DNA of 64,000 nt from the NCBI GenBank assembly GCA_973895155.1, contig OZ316892.1:18094357-18158356 (forward strand). Reading direction: 5' to 3'. Position numbers and translations under genes: made by a program. Below the pieces are notes generated by a model. It was not told where the DNA came from. It was given only the letters and a program-made list of their open reading frames with translations, and did not search any database. Every line of letters starts with the position of its first letter. Position 1 is the first letter of the stretch. Of this stretch, positions 13,217-26,100 are shown piece after piece. This stretch comes from Marsupella aquatica (taxonomy: Eukaryota; Plantae; Marchantiophyta).

Positions 13217-13224
13217 AAACCCTA
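13217..13224 (+). promoter_or_regulatory. Telo-box (AAACCCTA) upstream of DDB2
   Basis: Exact AAACCCTA about 820 bp before the DDB2 ATG; function not demonstrable from sequence. Confidence 0.35.
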
Positions 13225-14036
13225 GGAAACGACGACTACAAACCTGGGGATACAAACCTGCTCCGGCGAATATTTTTCTGCTGCTTTAATTTCTTTATGC
13301 TTGTACACATGTCATACCCCTACTGCCCGAGGGCAGAAAGAAAAAGGTTTTCCAACCGACGGAGAAGGTGAGCCGACGGCTCTGAGGGAATGTTCGGTCG
13401 CCGTGGTGGGACCGTGGCCACTTGTGCCATCGCCACGCGCTCGCCTCAACGGGTTACCCGGAAATCCGCCGCAAAACGATTCGATTGGTTTGCAGACTCC
13501 TGGCCCTGAACCGGCCCCCGGGAAAGCATTATATTCGCCCGATCGGCCCCTACTGTACTTGTTACGGGGCCGATGCAGGAGGCCAGGAGTCGATCAACAA
13601 GGAGTGGTGTGGCGACACTCGAGGGGGCCGAGAAGGGCCGCTGTCATTCGTTCGCAGTTGCGATTTTGCTATCCAGGGTATGAAAAAAGGAACATAACGC
13701 AACCCAGGGTTCAAACCCGGGGTTTGGCTGACTACGTGCGTCTTTCCCAGCCGGGTGTCGAACTACGGGTGTCGAACTACAGGACTACACTCCCATCGGA
13801 ATTCCAGATTCGCGCGAAAATTGCTGCGACATTTCCTCATTACTAGTAGAGCAGCGCGGTATTCTTTAGCAGAGCAAGAAATTGTGGATTTGCTCATTTG
13901 AATGAGCAGAGCGGCGAGGAGATTTTTTAGAGCTGAGCAAATTGAGGATTTCTCCACTGAAGCAGAGCAGAGCAAGAGGCTTGACGATTTCTTCATGAGG
14001 TGAAGGGAATTGTTGAAGCTGGTGCAGGACGTACAA

Positions 14037-17000
14037 ATGGGACGAAAACGGAGGGAGGTGATTAAGGTTCTCCCGGAGTGGGATGACGAAAAGGCGGAAG
14101 AATCCACAGACGAAGAAGAAGAAGATGATGAAATGGGAGAAGTAGAGGAGCAAGCTGAAGACTCGGATGACGAGGATTACGTAGTGGACACGAAAGATGA
14201 GGCAGAAGAGGAGGATGAGGGAAACGATGAGCAAGGGCAGGAGAAGGAGGAATTGGATAATGCCGAAGACAATGGAGAAATGCAAGACGGAAGGGAAGTC
14301 GAGCAGGCAACTAAACAGGCCAAGCGAGATAGGAAAAAAATTACCATTAAGCTGAAGGGGTCCAAACAGTGTAAGGTGGGTTGTCGTTCTCTTTCTTCAG
14401 CTCAAGGTCCTCCCCTGTTCTTATTCCGTTCTTAGTACCTCTCTGCGACGCATTGGTTGTCGAGGTCCTGTTTGTTAAAAACGAATCTCTCTTAAACATT
14501 GTTATGGTTCGAAAAATGGTTTCAAGATGTTAAAGGAAAAGAAAATGAAAACTCCCGAACAGAAGATAGAGGTCCTGTTCTCATCTTCTTTGTGCGCATG
14601 GACCCTGTCTTTGGCTTTCGCGTAAGCTGATGGCTGAGGTTCATATGAATCTCATTTCATTCAAACTTTTCGTCAATTGATCCAAAATTCTCGTTAGAGG
14701 AGGTAGTGGTACAAATAGATAAGAGGATTCCTGTAACAAGAATGCCCCTTTTTCTTTTCCCTACCGCAGGTGTGTAAGAAATTTGATCATCAAGCTGGGT
14801 TTTTGGGGTCTGTGTATATTGATTGCCCCAACAAGCCATGTTACCTCTGTAAAAAACCTGGTATGTTGCTTCTACGTCACCTGTGACATTTTCTGTTGGT
14901 CGGCCTGCTCTTCTGGGGTAGGCCTTTTTCTAGTACACTGATTGCCTACACCCACTAGAAAAATCGATATTAGCTTTGTTTTGGGGATAGTCTTAGTGTA
15001 AGCAACGTGCAGCTTGTAGAGTTATTAAGGTCAAGCGAAGATGCACAATCTAAATTTCTTGAGAGCTCTATTTCTGCTACAGGCCACACCACAATGACCT
15101 GTCCCCACAGGATAGCGACTGATTATGGAGTCACCCCAGTTTCTCATCGATGTGCTTTGGGGTTACTCGACTTTGTAGCCGACAGGCAGCTCAAAGGGCA
15201 TCGCTCTAAGGTATTCCTGACGCTCAGAAAAGTTGTACCACTTTGCATCTCTTGCTGCGTCTTCTTTTGAATTTCTCCCAAGCCTGGCATCGTCCTGACG
15301 GCACCTGAGGCATGTGAATTAGACTGTGGTCAGTATTCTGTTGCGCTTTCAGCAAGTGATCCGTTAGTTTCATAAGGGGTTTTTAATTGCAGCCACAATC
15401 CACCTCAACGAGTTCCCCATGCGACCGGAATGATCCTTGGTTATTGATCCCTGCAGAGGAAGATGTCACCTATTATTCCAAGTAATCTGGATGCCGCACT
15501 CATCCACCTACATAGTAGGCGTGTGACGCACATCGAGTTCCATCCCACACGGGATAATATTGTTATCTCAGGAGACAAGGTAAATTATAGTCTTGATGAC
15601 AACAATCTTCTGCACATGATAATGGATGTATTGGAGAAACAAAGGTTTACTTGCAAATCAAAGGTTAATGGAGTTTGGCTACGGTCCTTTAGGCTATCGG
15701 CATTGTTTGTCGCCTTGTTCCTCAGGGAAGCCGTAGGAATGTTTCTCGTCGTCCCTGTTCAAGGAAAGGAGTCACTCTTTTAAGATCTGGGGGACAAATA
15801 GCCTCCTGAGATGGGCAAAATCTGCGTTGGTCGAGTTGAGTCCTTCCACTATTGAAAAATTGAGGGTCCCCTATGAGCTAGCTTTTTAACCAGGTTCGAT
15901 GTATTTACTGGTAATTGGTTCGGGAAATTTAGGCGCGTCACATATTGATTTACCCGGCAATGTAAGATTTGATTTTTTAATCAGGATTTTTTTATTCCCC
16001 TCTTCAAATTTGTCAGTCGTTCATAAAAGTAATCATCAGGCCATTAGCACAGTTTAAAGTGCAGTGCAGGCATTTGGGTTGTCTAATGACTTCATGCTTT
16101 ACTTTTTCTTTAGCGTATAGAACATTTTCAGATTTTGTCTTTCGGTTGATTTCCTCGTAATCAGTGCTGAGTATTTTGTTTATGTAACAGAAAGGGCAAA
16201 TTGGAATCTGGGATTTTGAAGCTGTTGTGGATAAAACTGTGTATAACCATGTCCATAGTTGTCTTGTCAACAGCATCAAGTGAGTGTCTCACTGCTGAAC
16301 TCTGTTTGTAAGTGACCTTCTTTGATATGCTTTGTTCATGGGACGAACTTTGTACGTGACAGTCTAATGTCATGGCTTGCTGGGTGTCTTCACAGATTTC
16401 ACCCTATCAACAATGGTGCGATTTACACGTCCTCTTCAGATGGTACCGTGAACTGTACTGACTTGGAGACCGGAGTGCCATCCAAGCTATTGGATATGAA
16501 CCCTGATGGCTGGCATGTAAGTGAATTCAGTGGCTGGTTCTTCTACAATGCAATGCATACGCTTGCCATAGACTTACTTCAATGTAGTGATGCCGGCAGT
16601 TAAGAGAGGTCGCGCAGTAATATTACCGTCTCACCATCTCATGTCAGAGACGAGTTCCTTGGCTTTCTGAACTGTTCTCCTTATGAATTGAAATTTGTAT
16701 TTCAGGGTCCTTCAAGTTGGAAGATGATGTATGCAATGGATGTGAATCCCCTGCGAAATCTTGTGTTGGCAGCAGACAACTTTGGATTCATGTACCAGTA
16801 AGTCCCGCTGTCAAGTACACTGCAATGATAATTTCTTCTCAAGAAGAGAATAACATGGAGGATCACCTTGAGTGGAAGATGCCTTAGCAAAGGTTATTTG
16901 AAGGACTAACAGGCTAAGATGTAGTAGTGTTCAGTTGAGCTTCTTGCAATGCAATGAGCATATTGATTCAAACTCAAATGGCTAATAATTCGATACAAGG

Positions 17001-18500
17001 CCGCGTCAATAGCTTACAGGAACCATTGCCAACTGCTGATTGATCATCAGGTTAGATATGAGGACTGGCAAAGCAGCGGAAAAACCTGTACTGATGCATA
17101 AGAAGGGCACAAAGATCGTGGGTGTGAACTGCAATCCTGTAGATCCAGACATGTTCTTAACTTGCGGTAATGACCACATGGTAAATCTCTAGACTTTTCG
17201 GGTATCTTCCATGTTTTCTTATCTTCTGTCTTGCGCTGGGGTTGCTGGTAGGATTGCTTTTTGTTGATCGGGAGCTTTGAAAATGACTGGTCGTCTGTTG
17301 GATATGAAGATCTGCTGATTATACTCGGGTTATTTTCAAGCAAACATTTTATTGAAAGGTGGAACTTCTAGGTTAGGGCTTACTGTTTACCGTGCAAGCT
17401 GCTTTTCAATATAACTAATGCCTAGTGATCCTGGGCCACCAGACTCGAATTTGGGATTTGCGGTTGATGGATTCTAAGACCCACTTGGCCGAGCTTTCTC
17501 ATCCGAGAGTGGTGAATTCAGCGTACTTTTCACCAATTTCTGGAAGTAAGATAATGACTACTTGTCAGGACAACAGGATACGTGTCTGGGACTCTCTTTT
17601 CGGTGATTTGGAGGAGCCAAGCCGGGAGATTGTTCATAGTCACGATTTTAATAGATATGTCACAGCATTTCGAGCTGAATGGGATCCAAAGGTGTGTTGA
17701 TTTTCCCTGAGTTTATTGCCTTGGAGGAGCCCTTGTACTAGTTTGGTTGATTCATAGTTTGATGGACAGGAAGGCTGATAACCTTCGGAACCACTGAATA
17801 CCGTACTAACTCGATACCAAGACCTTTCAGGAAGAGGGAGTTTGATTACTAAGGTAGTGTTTGAGTTGAAGGTTGGGGGTTTCCGTATTTCTGTGAATAA
17901 AAGTGCTTTATTGAGAGGGATGCTATCGTAATAATCTTGGTTAATTTGCAGGACCCAACGGAGAGCCTAGTGGTTATAGGGCGGTACATTAGTGATGATT
18001 ATGATGGGGTGGCTTTGCATCCCGTGGACTTTATTGACACCAGCACTGGACAGCTGGTGGCTGAGGTCTTCGACAAAAATGTCTTAACTATTGTATCTGT
18101 GAACAAACTCCATCCAAGGCAAGATGTTATGGTCTCCGGTAGCTCAAGGTAATGGCTGTACTGATTACTTCCGGGATACGATGCAAGATTATGTAAGCTT
18201 TCATTATTTCTGGTTTTGCTACATTGTTAAACAGGAGACGTCTGAAATTTTGGTGTCTCGTGGTGCAGATCGCTGTTTCTTTGGAGATCTAACGAGGAAG
18301 ATGATGAGGATGAGGGCGAGAAGGAAAGGGAGAAGGAAAATGGCCGGACTAGAATTATCAATTTAACAGGTGATAACGAGAAGAAAGGTAGAGGCAAGGG
18401 TAAGAAAAAGTTTGATGACGACTACGACGATGATGAAAATGATTTCTGTGCAAGGAAGTCTACCGTTCTGCCCTCAAAGAAGTCCAGAAGCCGTAGGTAG
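14037..18500 (+). CDS. DDB2: DNA damage-binding protein 2 (WD40, plant type with CCHC zinc knuckle); 11 coding exons
   Basis: Exons, all GT-AG and frame-consistent: 14037-14375, 14770-14860, 15083-15210, 15457-15579, 16191-16279, 16396-16516, 16706-16797, 17051-17180, 17443-17691, 17952-18148, 18269-18500. Motifs [85 protein letters not shown] are collinear with plant DDB2. Confidence 0.96.
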
Positions 18501-20032
18501 GTGTAGTAGAAATTAGGCATTCTGTACTCTATTCCGCTTGTAACATTCTCACCAGCAAACAAGTTTTGATAGTAGAGTCCGGCAAATTGGTACACTCATT
18601 TGGATTGCAACTCGCTTTTAACACCACTCTATGTCTTCTTGCTGCGACATTCACTGGAAGTTCTCAGCTTGAAACCTGACCTCAGCAGTATTATTGTGCA
18701 CTGCAACGCTGTAGTTAGGATCTATCAATTGTCTTGGAAAAGGTTTAGCAGGATTGAGGTAGACGAATGGCCGGAGGATGTAGATGAAAAGACTGGGCGT
18801 CCATATATCAGGGTCGGCTGTATTAAGGATTAGTAGGTGAATACACTCGTCGAGAGCTTAAAAACAGGGGAACCATAGTTATTAGCCCACCATAACTCCA
18901 TTTTAGCAGCTTGTCAGAGCATCTCAGATAAAGCAATTTCATTGTAGATTCGCAAACACTGCACTTTTTGATGCAAGTACCTTTATAATTTCTGAAATTT
19001 CGAGCCCTCAAGTCGCGATGGGGAGGACGTCCCACCGGAGCTTCCAACTTCAATTCTAGTTCTGTCTGGATAATTATGAACACCCCACCCAGAGTGGGCT
19101 ACGAACTCGTGTATAATGTACATATGTTACAACCTCCGCCACGAGGGCTAACGGAAACGGACGGCAATTGACCCAGGGGGACCGTCACTCAATGTTGCTT
19201 GAAATCAGTATCTCTCAACACGCCTGTGTGAGGCGTTTTTTCTAGGAATAATGAATCCGTGGGAGTAGTGTCGTCGACAAGATCTTCACCTGCCCTCACT
19301 TTGCTTCCATACGAGCTAAGCACGACTATACTATGGTAATCCAGCCAAGGAGACCAAAGTCATGAGCTGGGTGTCTACCGATGTACTGTACACAGCAGAG
19401 TACCTGCCTTCCTAAGTCTGTAGTAAATCAAAATTCTTACAAAATGTTCTTCTAACTCACATAATTTAGCTAAGTAGCATGTTAAACTCATGAGCTGCGT
19501 ATGTACTGTATGTATCTACTGGGCCGGGCTGGGCTGAGCAACTTCCTAGTTCCCGAGTGCGTTCACCCCTTCAGCTGCTTGGTGATCTTGCCGGCAAGGG
19601 TACCACTTCATGCCTCTGAAGTGCAGTAGTTGTCCGTCGAACGGGATGTCCGGACCACGCCGTAACCTCGTTGGTGCTAGACCAGGGAAAGAAATCAACG
19701 ACCACTAGGTCTATGTTACAAAATCACAGATGGATCGAATTTAATTTCGATGACCCATCACAATCTCACGGTGCCATGCCATACAATGCAGTGAATTTAT
19801 CTAGCTGGGTTTCAGAGCATGGTGAAGGTGTGCCTGTTGGATGGTGATGGAAAGTCCACGACATGAGTTGACACACGTGGGTTGTGTTTGTGAATGGGTC
19901 AGAAATGTGAGTAGTGGGTATAATCAGAAAGTTTGCTAAGACTATGATGCAGTGAGAGTAATTGTGTTTGGGCAAGAGTGTGAGTGGACTTTGGAATGGA
20001 GATGAAGGGGTTGAATTGGATTGGAGTGGTGA

Positions 20033-21286
20033 TCAAGCTGGGCCTAGCCGGAGCTCGAGGTCTAGGATTCCAACATCATCTACGGTCCCTCTGATGCCCA
20101 TCGATTTGGAAAAGATGGACGAAGTGTGATGTTGGGGCCGTAGTTGAATGAGCTCTTGAGTGACGAGGGGAGCGGCCTGATCATGTGCGAATGGACTGGA
20201 TTGGTAAGGCTGGAAGGCCCCCAGTTGCAGCTTATGCGCAAAGCTGGCGGAATCGCCGGACACAGATCTGCTGCTACTTCTGTAAGGCGGGCTTCTTCCT
20301 CCTGCCCCTTCATGCTCTTGCGAGCCAGCTGAGCCGCTCTTGGTGATGACACTGGAGCCGGAGCTTCTGGAGCCCTGAGAAGCCGGGGAAGACATACGCG
20401 AGGTAGGGAACAATGAAGACGAGATTTGTACCCCGCTGTTCGCAGATATGCCACCTGCATTTTTGTTGTTTAGGTTGTTCTCGATGCCGGCGCTTTTGCT
20501 ATTGTTGTGGTTGTTGTACTGACCATGAGAAGGAGGAGAGGGCCCAGGACTTGATCTCGACGTGAACTGCGAGCTTCCGCCTGATGAGCTTGTCATGGTC
20601 AGGATAGCTCCACCGGGAGCCAAGCTGGAGTAGAAGAAAGCTCTTCTCTCGGGAGAAGCGGTAGCAGCAGCAATGGCTGCTGCTGGATTGACGCCCACTC
20701 CCATGGGCGAGTAGAGGCACCATTGAGCCTGGCCGTTGGGTCCTGCCACTGCGGCGAGCTGCTGTGGCGTAGCAACGGCTGCTGTAGCTGCGGCAGCGGC
20801 TTGCTGCGCAGTGCTTCTCAGGATGGCCATGTTGTTGGCCTGCGCTCGCTCCCGGCGATGTACATTCATGTGCCCTCCCAATGCTTGGGCGGTGCGGAAC
20901 TCTCTGCGGCAGAAGCTGCAGGCGTATGAGCGGGGTGGCCACTGCCCACTGCAGCTGGCCGAATCCTCGGCGAATGCTCGGACCTCCCAGGACGCATCGC
21001 CATCGGCAGCAGTCTGAGCTGTCGCTGCTGTTGGAGCAGCCTGACCGTGATGACTCAATTTCGAGACATCGCTGCCGCTCTGGTTGTTGTTGTTGTTGTT
21101 GTTGTTGTAGACGTCGTAGAGAGCCGGATCGCCCGGTGAAGAAGGCCGCCCTGCTGCAGCTCCTGCCCAGGCCATCACAGGAAAGACAATGGCACTCGCC
21201 TGCTGCTGCGCCTGCGAGTGCATTGTCTGCGACACCTGCTGCTCCTGCTTACACGGCTGCAGCTGCAGTAACTGCTGCGTGGCCAT
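20033..21286 (-). CDS. SUPERMAN/RABBIT EARS-like single C2H2 zinc-finger repressor with C-terminal EAR motif (417 aa, intronless)
   Basis: [33 protein letters not shown] (QALGGH finger) and C-terminal LDLELRLG. First ATG is at 21286; the ORF track's 21382 start is a TTG. Confidence 0.93.
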   Translation of the reverse strand: MATQQLLQLQPCKQEQQVSQTMHSQAQQQASAIVFPVMAWAGAAAGRPSSPGDPALYDVYNNNNNNNNQSGSDVSKLSHHGQAAPTAATAQTAADGDASWEVRAFAEDSASCSGQWPPRSYACSFCRREFRTAQALGGHMNVHRRERAQANNMAILRSTAQQAAAAATAAVATPQQLAAVAGPNGQAQWCLYSPMGVGVNPAAAIAAATASPERRAFFYSSLAPGGAILTMTSSSGGSSQFTSRSSPGPSPPSHGQYNNHNNSKSAGIENNLNNKNAGGISANSGVQISSSLFPTSRMSSPASQGSRSSGSSVITKSGSAGSQEHEGAGGRSPPYRSSSRSVSGDSASFAHKLQLGAFQPYQSSPFAHDQAAPLVTQELIQLRPQHHTSSIFSKSMGIRGTVDDVGILDLELRLGPA

Positions 21287-22911
21287 CTCCTCGATCTCCT
21301 GGCCTCGATTCTCTTCTCGCTCTCCTCTCTCTCTGTCTCTCCTCTCTCTCGATGTGCCTTTGACAAAGGTTTCTCCAGGCAATGCCAGCCGGGCCAGCCT
21401 GGGTGTTGCAATCCTTAACGTGTCTGGTGTAGTCAGTCAAGTTGTCCGATCCCAGTGCTCCGACTCGACCTGAATTGGACCAATCAGTTCGCTTCAAAAT
21501 TGATCAGATTGGTCCAGATCTACGCCTCAACATGAGCAGTCCGAGATATCTTCTTGTGCACCTCCAACCCAGTCCCAAATGTGTAGGATAACCGAATGAA
21601 TGGTGGCGTTCGTTTCAGAATTGATAGACAGTGTTCTCCTACAAGAAAGTCTAGATCATGTTTGGTTCCCTGCTGCTTCGTAGCACTTGAGTTCGATTTC
21701 AAGTGATAATTCTAGTACATCGCACGGGGATCCCAATTAATGTGCAAACTACAAACGCACGCACCGAGTTGTGTCACAAAATCCGTGCGGGAATCCGTGC
21801 AGCTCAGACCACTATTATCTCTTCCTGGAGCTCTAGAACATTGAAGTTCTAGAGGTGCACTCCAAAATTGAAGTCTGACGTGAACCTTGGGTATTTGTAT
21901 AGAGAAGTGAGTCGATCAATCTCACTCCTATGAGTGTTAAGATATATACGATTCTTGGCGTCTATAAGTAAGACTTGTACCACTTAGCTCCAGGTGGCTC
22001 CCAGCTAGTGTGGAGCAGCTAGCTTCTGAGCTCGCTTAGGCGTACTACGTCTGAGCTGAAGTAGAGCGAAGACTGGAATGATGCCATGACTTCTGTGTTT
22101 CCCGAGGAGGAAGATGGCAAGGCTTTGTAAGACTGAGCGGGGGAGAAGTTAATGAATGAAACAATTATTATATCCCCGTTGGGGACTCGCTAGATATAAT
22201 TAAAGCTTGTCCCGGAGTATAAGTCTGTGTGACCTCCGCAACACAAGCACTGGCAACGGCGTGGCTTCCTGGTACGTATGCTCAATTAAAATCTAGTGCC
22301 CGGCCTCAAAAGCCCCAAAAGGGATGGCGGCGCCAGGTTGAAATTGTTTTAGTAACCAGACGGATTCAATTGGAAAAGCTAGCGAGAAATTCTGTCACTC
22401 TTGAGCCGAGTTGCAGTGCGATCTGCTCACTGTTTACAATGGAGACAGGGAGTAACTAGCACTCAAGATTGGACCAGTGGATGATGGCTCGGCGACAGAC
22501 CGATAACCATTGTTCCAATCGCCGTGAGGTTGTTTTGCACTGACCACTGTCCACCCTCGTTATCATTCTCTCCTGTTTGTTTGCTCACCTCGTCCTCTTG
22601 TTAATAGCCCTACTCCCTTAAAACGCACGGAGCGGCGGCCGGCCTTCTCAATTTCCTCTCACTGTTCACTCTGTGGGCGGATACACCCACGCAAATCATA
22701 CAATTAGATAATGTTTTTATTTGTCGATCTCGAGCGATCGGTCGGTCGTTCCATCCAGTCTTCAGTCACAGTACTGCTAGGTTGCTTGCTCGCTCGAGAT
22801 CCGCGCGTGCGTGGGAGCTCTCGCAAGATTCTCATCACATTTTTATCTCTAATAAGCGCTTTGCGACGCTTTACGTATGACTACATCCAGTTCGGGCCTC
22901 GGCCATGTCCC

Positions 22912-23113
22912 AAATTGCAGCTTCCCCAAGATTCTCACGTATGATCCTTCATTGGAACTCTATAATAAGCAAATGAAGTTAACCTGTAGGCTAACACTAG
23001 TGCTTCAATGAAAATTGCAGCTATCCCAAAATTCTCAAGTATGATCCTAGCTTCATCGGAACTCTATTGTAAGCAAATGAAGTGAACCTGTGGACTAGTT
23101 CGAGTGCTTCAAT
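22912..23113. repeat. Tandem duplication, 2 x ~100 bp
   Basis: aaattgcagct..ccca..attctca.gtatgatcc...ggaactctat..taagcaaatgaagt.aacctgt...agtgcttcaat at 22912 and 23012. Confidence 0.9.
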
Positions 23114-26100
23114 CAATCCTCGTCTATGTCTGCTGCGCTGCTGACTAACTATCTACTCCAGTAAGTACTAAAGTAAGTCAGTAGCGGAGTGCTTCCTTTT
23201 CACTTGTCTGTGTTCATCACAGATTCTGGTCACCTAATCTTACTGCTTTATTATTTGTTTGCCTGATTCCAGTCAGGACTGATGAAGGTTACTTTCTTTA
23301 GCAGCTGGCTGAACTCATCATTGAAGATCTCGCCCAATGCCGCGACTCCCATTGATTCATTATTAATCCTCGACCCTGCATCTCCGGTCAATCTGATTCA
23401 TTGTCATTTGTACTTCATTGAAATCAAAGTATCCTGCCGAGCTAGTTGGATATCCTTCAACAATATAAACCATTCTCTAGCCTGCTTTGGACAAAGCTCC
23501 TCTTTCCAGATTGAGTTTACTAAGTTTACGTCTTTCAAATTCCAGTATCTAGCTTCCAAAGGACAGCAGCATACGATAGAACACATATCTAGCTAGCAGT
23601 TGGAAGAAAGGATATCAATATAGATGAACTTGATCGTGGCTGGTAGTTGCTCAAGGCAGTTATCTGGTTGAGAACTAGCCATAAATATATTGTATCTACT
23701 GGATGAAACGGTACCGTTTGTTAGTGATACATTACAGTAGTGCTAATACTAATAGCTCACTAGCCATGCATGAGTGAATCCACTGACAAATGAAACCTTC
23801 AAAAAACGCACATTAAAAACTACAGAAGTTTCACACTTGTTGTCTACAAAATGAATTTATACTGACAGATCAAACAGTAAAAATTTCAAATATGCTTGCC
23901 TTTCACTCAATCCCAAACCACTCCAAAAACATTCAATTTTTTTAGCGATAATTTATTAAGCCTATTCAAATAACACATTGAGTCACAAAACCAGTATCCC
24001 ATTTGGAGAACTCAAAATCTAAATATGGAGTAAGCAAACAGTGTAAATCAACAGAGGCCAGATATATCTGAATCTCGTCTGAGTAGACTAACTACATGAG
24101 CTTGGATTAATTGTGTTGGAGATCCGATGCTGAGGTTGGAGGATGGAAGAGATATTCGAATTGGTCTGACTAACGAGCTGCCTCTTGGACAAATTTAGAC
24201 AAAGCAAGGCACTGTGCCGTCAAGTTCCACGGCACACATCTACTGTAGATTAGGAGCACTGTTCCCCGCACTGTTCTCTACTTGGGCTAGTCTATTATTC
24301 AATTCTCAAACATTTACGCTCAAAGAGAATATATTCGAACCCTTTTATCAACTCTATCTGGTAGACCCTAAACAACAGAACGGCTTCTGCAATATCGTGT
24401 TTCGGTATGTGGTGATGTTCCTGTGGACTTGCGATCAGTCTAAGGAGTAGTGACCAATTGCTACTTGGTCATGGAGATTGCTAACAGCAGATTGCTGCAG
24501 AGTCTTGGAAACATAGTCATGGGACTAGTAGTATAGTAGAGTCTCCGAAATATAGAATGTTTGAATTGGAACACCGGAACAAGCACAGCCGTTTGATACA
24601 TAAGACAATATTATTAGCGGATCTTATATGTAAGCAGCAGTTTGGATCTGAAAAGCAGGAGATAGTTAATGGCCTTTGGGAATCGTCAGTGACGGTTGAC
24701 CCACTTGGAACGAGATATCGAATATGCCTACAATAGATTCAATGTACTGTCAGTAAAGCTCGAACTGTTGATGTTTCCAACGTGAATATGGCAACGATCG
24801 ACTGACGGACTACTCGTAACATCATATATTATTATGCTGCGTTTTCTCCTTGGCACTTGATTTACGCCATGCAGTGGTGGTGCATGCATCTGCAAACAAC
24901 TGATTGCAATCGACATATACTTGTCCAATGTACACAAACGGCTCGTTAAGCAGAAATTTACTTCGGTCAACTAGACAGGACAAAGACCTATGAGACCAGA
25001 CCACAAAAAGACAGAAAAATACTCAAATGTAATCGATCTGTCTGGTTCTGTAAGTTTCTAAAGCGTGGTTGTCTGAATTTGACGTACCGTGACAAGTGCA
25101 TGTTTAATTTTATAAGAGAATCAAATAGTAGCGAGACTCACTTTGGAAGTGAGATTTGCTGGAACTGCCAACTGATATGACGTTGGGTTGCTTGTAACCT
25201 GTAAGGCCGGGCCATGCGCCATATATGTCCGGACAGGCAGTCGAAATTTAATTTTGAGTCTCCAGACTCAATCTTAGCCACTAAATTTGACACAGGTCTT
25301 TTGTTGGTTTTTTGGTGGAGTGTTGCAGAAGAGAATTTCTTTGAATTCTACGAAATGATTCCTACAGGGACCTGCTCTAATGTTCTGAATTGATTTTGGT
25401 GATCATGGTGATGCAGCTGTAATATCAATAGTCTGGTCTATGGGGCCTTGGCTCTCTTGATTTCAATACAAAGCTGCATTTTGTTTCCAGAATAATATTT
25501 CACTCACGAAAAGGTTTGAGAATACCGTGATGAGTATATAATCACAAAGTCTTGTTCTTACTAACATAATACCGGGCAAAATACTCATTCTATCAACTGA
25601 GTTATGTGCAGTAACTTATTTTGAGACTAGTCTAAGTTGAAAAGACCACCGACTCCACTGCTGTCTTGACCAGCCACATTGCCATTGCGTAAGCAAATAC
25701 AGTTATGTCATTGATGGACTTGTATAGATCGCTACTGCCAGAAGCAATGGTACAGTACACGATCGTACAGTACACGATGACATTTTTTGAAATTGCTACT
25801 TGCAGGGAAATCAGTGTCGAGAGCGGGTGTCAAAACAGGAGAGACCAGGCCCTTTAAGTATCACTACTGTAGCTGCACCACCATCACATAATGAGAACAA
25901 AGACAAGATTTCCTGATAACATACTACTGAACTGATATATATGTGCAAGAAAAGCATCCTTGATTCGTATGAAGAGATACAACCTACTTTGTGCCCACTA
26001 CATCCTGCTTGCTTATTGAAGACCATTTTCATCGCTGTCCAGCCAAATTTGCCATCGATCGCCTAAACATAGTTGGATTGCAAGAATCTGCATAGGCTGT

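Noticed and set aside
13190-13280. Telomerase RNA (G-rich start then TAAACCCTA)
   Set aside because: A T-run at ~13273 would end Pol III transcription too early and no clear USE/TATA promoter was seen; a telo-box is the simpler reading.
13520-13600. HDV-like ribozyme on the minus strand (GCCTCCTG..GGC, GGCGAA)
   Set aside because: P1, P1.1 and P2 pairings could not be completed.
13700-13725. GGTTCAAACCC as a tRNA B-box
   Set aside because: No A-box or cloverleaf could be built around it.
13301-13846. 181-aa ORF upstream of DDB2
   Set aside because: TTG start, GC-rich promoter sequence, no recognisable domain.
20080-21497. Overlapping Cys/Ala-rich ORFs on both strands
   Set aside because: Shadows of the CAG/GCA-rich zinc-finger coding sequence.
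23136-23186. 15-bp hairpin as a miRNA precursor
   Set aside because: Stem too short and no conserved plant miRNA sequence seen.
23279-23400. TGATGA...CTGA as a C/D snoRNA or hammerhead core
   Set aside because: No terminal stem, no recognisable rRNA guide, and no stem II followed by GAAA.
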